From Chiloscyllium plagiosum (Eukaryota), in contig NC_057744.1 in the NCBI RefSeq assembly GCF_004010195.1, forward strand, positions 9,376,658-9,440,657: a stretch of 64,000 nucleotides of DNA, given 5' to 3'. Shown here piece by piece: positions 28,167 through 39,725 of the stretch; within the stretch, counting starts at the first letter, position 1; the number at the start of each line of letters is the position of its first letter. The notes below the pieces were generated by a model, which made no database searches, was not told the DNA's origin, and saw only the letters and a list, made by a program, of their open reading frames with translations. Made by a program: the position numbers and the translations under genes.

Positions 28167-28795
28167 TGTGACAAAAGTCCCTTTTATTCTAAAAGCTGTT
28201 CCATGGCTCAAAGAGACTCTGTCCTTGATTTTCTTTTCAGAGGGGCAATAAACTGGGCCGGGCTCAGATCAGTCTGGTTTGGTACAGAGATGAAAAGGAT
28301 TTTGAGAGGCCTTTTGTTTATATGTAAACAGATGAGACTTCAGGTCAAAGTGGTCATGTTTTAGAAGTGATCTGTATAATGAAAGGGGAGTAGTCAGCTC
28401 TGTAGCTGAGCTGAGCAGTTTTTAGCTAAGTCTGGAACTGGGAAGTTCAACAGGGAGCTGTGTAGAAACTTTTTCTCTTTTCTGCCTTCAACTTCAACCT
28501 GTAAGCATGTGTTCTATTTATACTGTTTTTTAATTATTGGACTGTTGTGTATATTTGGAGCAGCATAATTAAGTCTAGTTAGATAGGTTGAGTTCTGTAG
28601 GGGTTCTTTATTCTTTTCTTTGTGTCTCATTGTGTAATTTTGTGAATAAGTTTTTGTCTGTCTTAAAATCTAGTTCTCAACTGAGCTTACTTAACCAGGT
28701 AATTTTCACTGTACACTTAGTGAAAAAAATGGCAAAGTTATGGCCTGGGGCTGCCTGCTTAAGAATGGTTAGAGTGGTCAGGCTAAGTCCATAAA
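28167..28795 (+). repeat. 5' LTR
   Basis: tgtgacaaaagtcc...aagtccataaa aligns by eye along its length with 33949-34591. Confidence 0.9.
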
Positions 28796-28798
28796 GAT

Positions 28799-28825
28799 TG
28801 GGGTCTTTTTGCGGGATTTTAAACA
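28799..28825 (+). promoter_or_regulatory. Degenerate primer-binding site, probably tRNA-Pro
   Basis: tggggtctttttgcgggattttaaac just after the 5' LTR resembles the tRNA-Pro PBS TGGGGGCTCGTCCGGGAT(TTGAAC). Confidence 0.55.
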
Positions 28826-28882
28826 GCAAGTGTCTTTATTTCGGGTGTTGGTTTGGGTGGGTAGACAAAGCTTGGAATAGGA

Positions 28883-31800
28883 ATGGCTCTTTCAGTCACC
28901 AAAAGTTTTCTGGAAGTGAATGCAGTGACTTTGGAAGTTTTACAAAAGGTGAATAAGACCAATCTGCAGGAATTAGCAGACCAGCTGGAATTGGAACAGC
29001 CTGCTTCTGTGAGGAAAGGAGAGACAATTACAGCAGTAGCTCAGCATTTAAACTTGCTGGAGAAACCATCAGAATCTATAGAGATGGCAAGAATTCAATT
29101 GCAAATGAAGCAACTTGAGTTATAGGCGAGAGATAAGGAAAGGGAAGCATAAATGAAGCAGTTTGAGTTACGATTAAAAGCAGAAGAGAGAGAAAAAGAG
29201 AGAGCAGCAAAACAGAATAAAAGAGCAGCAGAAGAAAGGGAAAAAGAGCAGAAAAAGAAAAAGAGGGAGTGTTTGAACTTCAAAAACTGACATTTGAAAA
29301 GGAAAGTCAGTTTAAAAGGCTGGAGACAAAGGGTGAGGGTCGGCTCAGTGAGGAAGTAGTGCAAACTCATGTGGAAGAGCAGAGAGATAAAACAGCTGAA
29401 ATGGCTGATGATTTTGAGCTGGTCCATAAAACTCGGTTTGTCTTCCAGAATCAATCTCAGTCCATGAGGGATAGAAATTGGGGCAAAGAGAATTCGTCAC
29501 CTGGAAAGGGAAAGGTAGATCTCAGTGAAGATCATAAGCATAACTTACCACAGGGTAAAAAAGAACCCTTGAGAGGGACAAAGAAGTTAAGAAACTCCGG
29601 TGTTTTCATTGTAATAAGATGGGCCACACAAAATCACAGTGTTGGTGGGCTAGGAGAAAGCCAGATGTAGGAACACCAGACAAGCCTGGGAGTTTTGTTG
29701 GACTAGTAATAAAACGCACAAGGGAAAATAGTCAACTGCCTAAGAGTGTACAAGAGGTTGGAAAAGGAGGAAGTACCAGATCTGCTTAAAAAATATGCAT
29801 GCAAGGGTAAGGTTTATTCACATAAGCCAGGAGTAATAGGTATGGAGGTTACAAAATTAAGCGACACAAGATCCTCTCCCTCTGTAATGTTAAAAGATAA
29901 GGAGATATGCACTCCTGAGGGCCTATTGCCAGAGAAGGTAACAGGAATTTATGATGAGACAAAAAATGCTCAGTTATGTAAAATGAGGCATGAGAGTCCA
30001 GAGAAGAGTGGAAAATTTGTGGTAGGAGTACTGGACAAACTCTCAGCTCCAGGAGTAGAATTTGTCCTTGCAAATGATATAGCTGATTCACCGGTAGATG
30101 TGCTGCCTACTCTAGTTGAAAGGTCAGTGGAGACGCAGACAACTGAGGACATAGAGAATGTTTATCCAGGAATTTTCCCTGATTATGTGATTACAAGATC
30201 ACAGAGTTACAAGCTGAAGCAGAAGAGATCAAAAGGCACAGACAAGGAAGCTGACATAGAGTTATCCAAAACTCTCTTTGATCAGATAAGTGGAACAGAG
30301 AAGGAGCAAAAAGGTAAACATGCCAGTATCTTTAGCTCTACTAAGCCGATTGAATTACAACAGAAAGATGAGGACTTAAATCAGTTAGATCAAAAGGCAT
30401 TTACAGAGAAAGAAAGTGAAAGCCTTCCTGTGTGTTATTACTTAACAAAAGATTTCTTACTGAGGAAATGGAGACCATCACATATTCAAGCAGATGAGAA
30501 ATGGGCAGAGATTCATCAAATTGTTTTGCCAGTAGGGTATAGAAAGGAGGTGCTATGAGTGGCGCAAGAACTACCACTTGGGGGTTATTTAGGAGTGAGG
30601 AAAACACAGGTTAAAATACAAAGACATTTTTTTATTGGCCTGGGCTACACAAAGATGTCATTGAATTTTACTAGATGTGTCATACAAGTCAGCTAATTGG
30701 AAAACCACAGGCAGTAATAAAATCTGTACCTTCAATACCTATTCCAGCATTTGAGGAACCTTTCACAAGAGTCTTGATTGACTGTGTAAGTCCCCGATCT
30801 CAAACAAAAAGTGGGGTTAAGTATTTATTACAATAATGGATGTGTCGACTAGATTTCCAGAGGTAACCCCCCTCAGCTAAACAACATCACAGCTAAAAGA
30901 GGTGTAGAAGAATTACTTAAATATTTTACTAGACACGGACTGCCAATAGAGATCCAGTCAGATCAAGGAATCAAACTTCACATCCAAACTGTTCAAGGCG
31001 GTTATGGATAACTTGGGAATAAAGCAATTCAAATCTACTGTGTACCAACCGGAATCGCAGGCAGGGCAAGAGAGATGGCATCAAACACTAAAGACCAATC
31101 CTTATGGTCAGGATTGTCCAGATGATTGGGATAAGGGAATTCCGTTTGTACTTTTTGTGATCAGCGATACACCGAAAGAATTGACAAAATTCAATCCATT
31201 TGAATTAAATTTTGGGCATGAAGTAAGAGGAGTGTTAAAATTGATTAAGGAGAAATTAAGTCAGAATTCAGCGATCATCCATTTGGACTATACATCAAAT
31301 TTTAGAGAGCTATTAAATAGAGCTAGAGAGGTGGCTAGGCAGCATTTAAAAGTATCACAGCATACAATAAAACAGGAAGTGGATAAGAAGTCACAAATTC
31401 ACAATTTTGCAATTGGGGATAAGGTATTGGTGTTACTTCCAGTAACAGGTGAGCCTTTAAAAGCAAGATTTATTGGACTGTATCAAATTGAGAAGAAATT
31501 GAGTGATAAGGACTCCAGACAGAAAGAAATCTCACAGAGTGTGTCATGTGAATATGCTGAAAAGGTATTTTGATAGGGAAGGAAAGCAAGAGAAGAAGGT
31601 GTTCATGATTACAGCACAGAAGGAAGAACCAAGTTCAGAGGGTTCTAAATTGGACATTCCTCAAATTAAATTGGACAAGGAGGAAGTTGTCAAAAATTAG
31701 GATAAATTATTGAGTTACCGTACACAAGAAAATCAAAATGACCTGAAAGAGTTATTATTATCACATGGGAAAATATGCAGAACTAAACTGGGAACTCCTA

Positions 31801-33778
31801 ACCTAATTGTGCAAAATGTAGGTATAGGAGATGCTGTTCCAATTAAGCAACATCCTTATAGGCATAACCCTCTAAAGTTGGCACAGGTTCAGTAGGAGAT
31901 AGAGCACATGCTCCAAGATGGCATAATCAAAGTGAGTTACAGTGACTGGAGCTCACCCATAGTCATGGTGGCAAAGCTAATTCCACAATTGGAGGACTGT
32001 GTCGAAAAGTGGAGCAAGCAACTTACATTTCTAAATTGGACTTGCTCAGAAACTACTGGCAAGTACCTCTGTCAGAGAGGACAAAGGCAATTTCGTAACG
32101 CCAAATGGACTATATCAGTTCAAAGTCATGCCATTTGGTATGAAAANNNNNNNNNNNNNNNNNNNNNNNNNNNNNNNNNNNNNNNNNNNNNNNNNNNNNN
32201 NNNNNNNNNNNNNNNNNNNNNNNNNNNNNNNNNNNNNNNNNNNNNNNNNNNNNNNNNNNNNNNNNNNNNNNNNNNNNNNNNNNNNNNNNNNNNNNNNNNN
32301 NNNNNNNNNNNNNNNNNNNNNNNNNNNNNNNNNNNNNNNNNNNNNNNNNNNNNNNNNNNNNNNNNNNNNNNNNNNNNNNNNNNNNNNNNNNNNNNNNNNN
32401 NNNNNNNNNNNNNNNNNNNNNNNNNNNNNNNNNNNNNNNNNNNNNNNNNNNNNNNNNNNNNNNNNNNNNNNNNNNNNNNNNNNNNNNNNNNNNNNNNNNN
32501 NNNNNNNNNNNNNNNNNNNNNNNNNNNNNNNNNNNNNNNNNNNNNNNNNNNNNNNNNNNNNNNNNNNNNNNNNNNNNNNNNNNNNNNNNNNNNNNNNNNN
32601 NNNNNNNNNNNNNNNNNNNNNNNNNNNNNNNNNNNNNNNNNNNNNNNNNNNNNNNNNNNNNNNNNNNNNNNNNNNNNNNNNNNNNNNNNNNNNNNNNNNN
32701 NNNNNNNNNNNNNNNNNNNNNNNNNNNNNNNNNNNNNNNNNNNNNNNNNNNNNNNNNNNNNNNNNNNNNNNNNNNNNNNNNNNNNNNNNNNNNNNNNNNN
32801 NNNNNNNNNNNNNNNNNNNNNNNNNNNNNNNNNNNNNNNNNNNNNNNNNNNNNNNNNNNNNNNNNNNNNNNNNNNNNNNNNNNNNNNNNNNNNNNNNNNN
32901 NNNNNNNNNNNNNNNNNNNNNNNNNNNNNNNNNNNNNNNNTTGGCACAGGTTCAGTAGGAGATAGAGCACATGCTCCAAGATGGCATAATCAAAGTGAGT
33001 TACAGTGACTGGAGCTCACCCATAGTCATGGTGGCAAAGCTAATTCCACAATTGGAGGACTGTGTCGAAAAGTGGAGCAAGCAACTTACATTTCTAAAGT
33101 GGACTTGCTCAGAAACTACTGGCAAGTACCTCTGTCAGAGAGGACAAAGGCAATTTCGTAATGCCAAATGGACTATATCAGTTCAAAGTCATGCCATTTG
33201 GTATGAAAAATGCTCCAGCCACATTTCAGAGACTGACTAATAAGGTCCCTGCTGAATTACCCAACTGTGTGGTGTATATTGATGACCTGGTGATTTTTAG
33301 TCACTCATGGCTAAAAGTGAATTTGCCAAAGCCCAAGTCACCTTCCTGGACCATGTTATTGGACATGGATAAATGGCTCCATGAGATCCAAAAATGAATG
33401 TAATTGGGGAATTTCCCACACTATCAATGAAAAAAGCAGTACTACCGTTCCTCGGGTCAAGTGGATTTTACCGAAAGTTTGTGCTGAACTTTAGCAGTGT
33501 GGCTGCTCCACTCACTGAATTGTTAAAAAAAAGGACAAGAAGTTTCATTGGACAGGGACTGTCAAAAGACATTTGACAGCCTAAAAACTGTGTTAACCCC
33601 AGTATTAACCACACCGGATTACACTAATCACAACCCATTGACATTTGTGGAAAAATTTAAAGACAAAAATGCCAGACTGTTTAGATGAAGCTTGTTGTTG
33701 CAGCCATTCAATTTGACAATTGTGCACATGGCAGGTCGCGAAAACATGATTGCCGATGTGTTATCGAGATTCGAATGA
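28883..33778 (+). pseudogene. gag-pol pseudogene of the Gmr1-like element
   Basis: Gag starts MALSVTKSFL and has a CCHC knuckle CFHCNKMGHTKSQC (about 29600-29642). Protease-site remnant LSDTRSS. Integrase motifs: zinc region (IVLPVGYRKEVL..), RVLIDCV, IQSDQG, PESQ..ERWHQTLK. Then RT (PIKQHPYR, MPFGMKNAPATFQRL, YIDD) and the RH end (NHNPL..IADVLSR). Stops, frameshifts and deletions throughout. Confidence 0.9.
32147..32940. other. Assembly N-gap flanked by a 269-bp duplicated sequence
   Basis: 31878-32146 recurs at 32941-33209 with two substitutions that I could see. Confidence 0.9.
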
Positions 33779-33937
33779 GATACAGGGGCATTTGGTGGGT
33801 GGCTTGAATTTGCATGTGGTTGTGCAAGTTTGCATGTTTATAGTTAGTATAGTGTATATGTGTGTTTAGACTACTAACTGGGTTTTTGAAGGGTTAACAA
33901 TGAAGCCACCATTTGGTATTGATGGTTCTTTTTTTTT

Positions 33938-33948
33938 AAGGCGGGAGG
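33938..33948 (+). promoter_or_regulatory. Polypurine tract of the Gmr1-like element
   Basis: aaggcgggagg, preceded by a T-run and directly followed by the TG of the 3' LTR. Confidence 0.8.
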
Positions 33949-34591
33949 TGTCACAAAGTTAGTCCTTTTTTTCTAAAAGCTGTTCCTTGGCTCAAGGAGA
34001 CTCTGTCCTTGATTTTTTTTCAGAGGGATAATAAACCAGGACGGGCTCAGATCAGTCTGGTTTGGTACAGAGATGAAAAGGATTTTGAGACGCCTTTTTT
34101 TATATGTAAACAGATGAGACTTCAGGCCAAAGTGGTCATGTTTTAGAAATGACCTGTATAATGAAAAGGGAGTGGTCAGCTCTTTAGCTGAGCTGAGCAG
34201 TTTTTAGTCCAGTCTTGAACTGGGAAGTTCAACAGGGTGCTGTGTGGAAACTCTCTCTCTCTTCTGCCCTTCAACTTCAACCTGTAAGCCTATGTTCCAT
34301 TTATGCTGGTTTTTAAAGGGAGCTTACTTATTGGGACTGTTGTGTATATTTGGAGCAGCATAATTAAGTCTAGTTAAATAGGTTGAGTTCTGGAGGGATT
34401 CTTTATTCTGTTCTTTGTGTTACATTGTGTGATTTGATTTTTTTTTGGTCTGTTTTAAAATCTTGTAGTCAACCTAGCTAACTCAATCCGGGTAATTTTC
34501 ACTGTAGACTTACTGAAATAAGTTGCAAAGCTATGGTCTGGGGTTGCCTGCTGAAGAATGTTTTGAGTGGTCTGGGGCTTAGTCCATATCA
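33949..34591 (+). repeat. 3' LTR
   Basis: tgtcacaaag...agtccatatca, followed by the ACTT TSD. Confidence 0.9.
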
Positions 34592-34595
34592 ACTT

Positions 34596-35064
34596 TTACC
34601 AGAAGTTGTTGTAGTCTTGGTGGTGCACTTGTCAGTAATGGGCTTCAAGTATTTCCAGTGTAGTCAATTTGCACAGTGAATTGCTTATTGAATTGGTATC
34701 TAAAAATGCTAGAGTTAATTGATTCTTTTAGCAATTGTATATAAGACATTAGCTCCAGGTGGTGAATTCCAAAATTGACGTTTATTTTAAGCTGATACTC
34801 TAATATTTCCCATAGAGTAGCAGGATTTCTCTGATCCTCTTCCAAAGACTTGAAGAGTTGACTTTGTGCAAATCTTCATTTCCAATAGCTCTCTTTATTT
34901 TCCCCATTTCCTTATCCAGCTCTGCAGTGGCTAAATCTGAAAAGCATAATTCCATCCTTTGACGAAATAGGCATAAATTCAGATGAGACATCTGGGACCT
35001 TCCAATCCATACTAGGGAATTGATCTGCATCTTTCTGGTCCACACTACCCATTGCAAACATGCC
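34596..35064 (-). pseudogene. Older Gypsy element: gag N-terminal part joined (by deletion) to the RNase H tail
   Basis: FPSMDWKVPDVSSEF..LFRQRMELCF..IKRAIGNEDL..EEDQRNPATLWEILEYQLKINVNFGIHHLEL (gag-like), then SAPPRLQQLLVK, which continues as VHGYN on the far side of the Gmr1 insertion. Confidence 0.75.
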
Positions 35065-35711
35065 TGATGTGTAAGGTGTTTGTAGTAGCAAAATTATAAG
35101 ACTACCCAGTGTGGAGTTCAGCAATGCATCTTCTGTGCTTTATTTAAAAGTTTCTTCCCATGCTGTTTTCGGCTACAGCTCAAGTTCTTTTATTTTGCAA
35201 GTTTTGCACTGGAACAGCATCCATGATTGTCTTGATGGCCCTATAGCTTCTACAGCCCAATTCAGAACAAACTTGTTCATCGATCATCCGGCCAGCTCAC
35301 AACTCATGTACGCACATTTTGGCCAGTTTGGGTAGTGACCTTTTTTTTCTGACAGCTAAGAGGGAATACTGTCTATTTGCATATTCAGCTCTGAAAGCAA
35401 TAACTCAACAGGTATCCTGTTCCTTTCCTCTTCATTTTGATGCTCAACTCTATGTCCCATGGCAAGGACTGTGCCCTCAAAATATGAAGTTATGCTGCAC
35501 ATGGCTCAAAGCACTGGAGGCGACAGGTGAATTTGCTCACAAAATCTTCAAGTTGAATAGTTTCACTTCTGGGTGCGAGAACTCAGAAAAAGGTTGCTCT
35601 TTGGAAATTTGATGGCAGGAGCAGTCATTACTGAGACCAATTATGAATTATTTTAATTCTGTTTCCGTTTTGAGTCCAAATGCCCATACTTTAGAGAAAG
35701 TATTGTTAACA

Positions 35712-35968
35712 TCCCACCTCAGGCGACTGACTGTGTGGAGTTTGCACGTTCTCCCCATGTCTGCGTGGGTTTCCTCCAGGTGCTCCGGTTTCCTCCCACA
35801 GTCCAAAGATGTGCAGGTCAGGTGAATTGGCCATGCTAAATGGCCCATAGTGTTAGGTAAGGGGTAAATGTAGGGGTATGGGTGGGTTGCGCTTCGGCGG
35901 GGCGGTGTGGACTTGTTGGGCCGAAGGGCCTGTTTCCACACTGTAAGTAATCTAATCTAATCTAATCT
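35712..35968 (+). mobile_element. 5'-truncated HE1-type V-SINE
   Basis: V-core gtgtggagtttgcacgttctcccc..., tail gggccgaagggcctgtttccacactgtaagt(aatct)n. Confidence 0.92.
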
Positions 35969-36427
35969 TTCTGCATGATTTAATAAATTAGTTATTAAGA
36001 ATGGAAAAAGAGCCTCTGAACACCAAAAATAGCCCTTGAGACATCTCAAGTGGAGTCCTCAGGAAAAGTAACCCGATATACCAAAAGCAATCCACTGTGA
36101 ATCTTGCCATCTAAACTGATGATATTGAAGGGCCCCACTGGGGTTGTTCGGGTAGTGGATGTGTTATTTCAGCACCTCAACTGCCTGTTCGATCATGTTT
36201 CCTATGGCAACATGGTTTTTATTATACGGGTGCTATGCAAGTCTTTCTGAGTTATACACCAGACTCTTGAATCAATTTTAGCTTTTGTTGCCCATCAGCC
36301 AGCTCTAGTGTACCGAGCATCTTAATTACTGATGGCACAGCCAACTGGGGCAGAGTAATGACATCATGACTGCTGCCAGGATATTAGATATTGAACAACA
36401 AAATGGACTGTGTATAGTCACAGGAAA

Positions 36428-36575
36428 ATCAACACTTCAGGCCAGAACCCTTCACCAGTCTCTGTCCTGAAACGTTGATTCTCCCTCTGCTTGGATGCTG
36501 CCTGACCTGCTGTGTTTTTCTAGCACCACACTCTCGACTCTGATCTCCAGTATCTGCAGACTTCACTTTCTCCCT
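36428..36575 (+). mobile_element. Penelope-like pseudo-LTR fragment
   Basis: cctgaaacgttgattctcc...ggatgctgcctgacctgctg...gatctccagtatctgcagacttcactttctcc is homologous to 45877-46053. Confidence 0.7.
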
Positions 36576-37239
36576 TTGTACAGTCACATGCCAGTAACAT
36601 GTTGATGAAGTAGAATTCCTCTCAGTAGCAGTAAGTCTCAGAGTTGACATAGGGTACTATGTAAAGTAATATGCACCTAACCATGGGAAAGGTGCAATTT
36701 TTGCAAAGATGCATATTCATTCCACATTCTTCTCCATCAAGAAAAAATGGAATATATTCAGCTCTCTGTGAAATGCAGAGCAGTTTTCCCCTTATATAAC
36801 AATCAACAGCAAATTGAGAAAGATGGCAAGTATTTCCCGTTCCAATTTGAATTGAGTTGGATGCACGAACACTTATGACCCAATCTGTTTTGAGAAAATT
36901 GCTAATATGTGTTACCATAAATAAGACAAACCCATTTTCCCAACATGTTTTAATTCTGGACTCTCCTTTTTAAAGAGAACTGGAATCATTTTCTTAGTGA
37001 AAAACTATGTGTTTTATCAAAATTCTGACTAGAGTCTGATGCTATGATATATCTTTTCTATTTTTGTGTCTCATGGCGAGATGACCTTTGATATTAATGG
37101 TATTTCCTGTAACTGCAATTATACAAGATAAGGTCATGTCGCTGTTTACATTTTTTTGAGTTAAACAATCTGGTGCAGTTTTATTTAATTTGGTTCAGGC
37201 ATAGATCAAGCAGGTCTCATACAGGTCACTTTCATCTTT

Positions 37240-38085
37240 TATTCTTTCATGAGATACCTGCATCACTAGCTAGCACAGCATTTTTTGCCCATCCCTAGTT
37301 GCCCTTAAGAAGCTGATGTTGAGCTGTGTTCTTGAACAGCTGCAGTTCATGTGGTGTAGGTACACCCATAATGCTCCAAGGAAGGGAGTTTCAACAACAG
37401 TGAAGGAATCGTGATACAATTCCAGGTCAGGTGTTTCTTGGAAAGAAACAATTCCAGGTCAGGTGGTAGTGTTCCAAACATATGCTGCCATTGTCCTTCT
37501 AGGTGATAGAATTTGCAAGTTCAGAAGATTCTGTGGGAGCATTGAAGTGTTATTGCTACTTGTAGATGGTGCATGCTGCTGCCACTATGTGTCGGTGGTG
37601 AAGGGTGTAAATGTTGAAGGTAAATGTGGTGCCAATCAAACAGGCTGATTTGTCCTGGATTGTATCAAGCTGTTGGAGTGTTGTTGGAGCTGCACTCATC
37701 CAGGCAAATGGATGGTATACTATTGCACTCCTGATTTCTACTTGTAGGTGATAAGCAGGCTTTGGACACTTAAGAAGGTGAGTTACTTGGAAAACAATTC
37801 CCAGCCTCTGACCTGGTTTTGTAGTTTATAATTGGTCCAGTTAAATTTTTACATGAAATGATAACCCCCAGGATGATGATAGTGAGGTATTCAGAGATAG
37901 CAATGCTATTGAATATCTAAGGGCGATGGTTGGATTCACTCCTGTTGGCGATAGTCATAGCCTAGCACATGTGAGAAATGAATGTTACTTATCATCTCAA
38001 GTCTGGATGTTGTCCAAATTTCTTTTTGCATATAGATATGCTTTACTCCAGCAACTGAGGAGTCATAAATGGTGGTGAACTCCTT
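37240..38085 (-). mobile_element. Old CR1/L2-group LINE fragment
   Basis: Same family as 10560-11430 (gttgttggagctgcactcatccaggcaa..., aggtgagttact..., ttgcccatccctagttgccctt). Confidence 0.65.
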
Positions 38086-39309
38086 GATGTTCAGTGCACT
38101 GTAGTTGTTGATATTTTTCAAGGAACTTTAGCCGTTCAGTGTAGTGACATATTGCTGGTTATCTTGAATGTTCTTTACATATGTGCCAATGTTTTTTGCT
38201 CTTGTTAACCTTAGCTTTCCACAAAATCTCCAAATTTATATTTCTCTTCGTATTTTGCTAATTTTTCCAATTTTGTCCATTTATCCTTTGATATTGCTGA
38301 TCAAGTTTATTGATTATTATACATGAGCAGATATCCTATTTTACAGCTCCTACTAATTGAACAACAGGATTGTATACTGAGATGTATGATTCTGCTGCTC
38401 AGACTCAGCTGGGTGTAACTTGTCTGCACCTTTAAAATTATATTGCACATCCTGAGGTCAGTTAGAGGCTTGGTGCCCTTAAACAGTTCCAAAAGGTAAT
38501 TAACATAGATTTGCATTTGCAAGTATTCTTTTTCTTTATAATTTTTCTGCAGTGTTCAGCATTTGTAACCAAGTTTGACACTTCACGTGATGCCTGAAGT
38601 GTGACATATACAAAATTGCTAGATAAATACATAGATGATCTGTGTGTTCTGTCTATTATTTATAAACATCAGCAAGTGCACTTTCTCAATTGTCTTCTCT
38701 TCTTGTCAGCATATTTCCCATTTTTCACTCTTCCTGCTCTGAAGCTGTTGACTCCTGCTGGAAATGTTTCCATGCACACCAGTACCTCCCTTGTCTGAGC
38801 TACTATTCTCCATGCACAAGTCTATACAACGAGCATTAGCGGATTATTCAAATTTGGGTAACATCACCTCTGAGAACCCAATCCTCCACACATAGCTTTC
38901 CAGTAAGGAGAAGGGGCTACTATATAACACAGCAAGCCCTAGTTGTTTTTGATTTCTCTAAAGCACAGTTCTTGAACCCAATTGAAACACTTGTACAGGA
39001 CCACATGAATGGCAATCAAAACATCTCACCAAGATGGCTCATACATTTGACTTTGTCAATCGACTAATAGGTCATTTTTCATCTTTCATCTTTGGTTTAA
39101 TGTCACATTCCACAATTCCATTGGTCTACCAACTGACCATTGATAATGTTCATGCCCCTTGTTCCATTTTTGTTTTGAGTTACCTCCACACTGTACAAGA
39201 CAAAACATCAGGCATCAGACTTCTGTTAATCCTTTGTTGATGCAGTCTGCAACGATTGAAGCCCCCTCCCATTTATAAAATAGCCCTTTGGAGAATTAGG
39301 GAGAAATAA

Positions 39310-39725
39310 TCTGCATTTATGCAGAATCTTTCACAACCTCAGAACCCAAAGCAATTTGCAATCAGTGAGATAATTCTGAATTGTGGTCCCTGTTTAAGAT
39401 AAACAGTATGAGATTTCATGAATAACATTGATATTTTCATGAATCTGTTTTAATGATGTTAAATTGAGGAATGAATACTGGCCAAAGAACTGTGAAGAGA
39501 ACTTGCTGTCATTCAGTTAGAGACCTGGGATATTTTTCATTTATCTGACAGACCAGGCTTTGGATTAATGCCTCATTCAAAACAAAGTCCCTCCAGGAGT
39601 CCAATAGTCCTTGGCTACCATGTTGCAGTCGAGATTGTATGCTCAAAGCCTCATGGACTGTGACTTTGAACACATGACCTTCAGATTCAGGGACCAGGTC
39701 ATTACCTGTGAGCTAATATTGACAC
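39310..39725 (-). mobile_element. Degraded Deu-domain SINE
   Basis: Reverse-complement similarity to 41030-41335 and 44500-44862 (ggattaatgcctcattcaaa, tgaggaatgaatactggcca, tttgaacacatgacc). Confidence 0.5.

Larger units (their letters stand above)
28167..34591 (+). mobile_element. Full-length, inactivated Ty3/Gypsy LTR retrotransposon of Gmr1 type (gag-PR-INT-RT-RH)
   Basis: Two similar LTRs (TG...CA), a 4-bp ACTT TSD (28163-28166, 34592-34595), PBS, PPT and pol motifs with integrase upstream of RT. Confidence 0.93.

Noticed and set aside
31908-33008. Long ORFs of 270-370 aa in the track
   Set aside because: They consist of X residues spanning the N-gap and are not real coding capacity.
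28167-34591. Endogenous retrovirus or Ty1/copia call
   Set aside because: No room or motifs for env between RH and the PPT. The RT motifs are Gypsy-type despite the copia-like domain order.
37417-37465. Short direct repeat acaattccaggtcaggtg
   Set aside because: A local duplication or deletion scar inside a decayed LINE.
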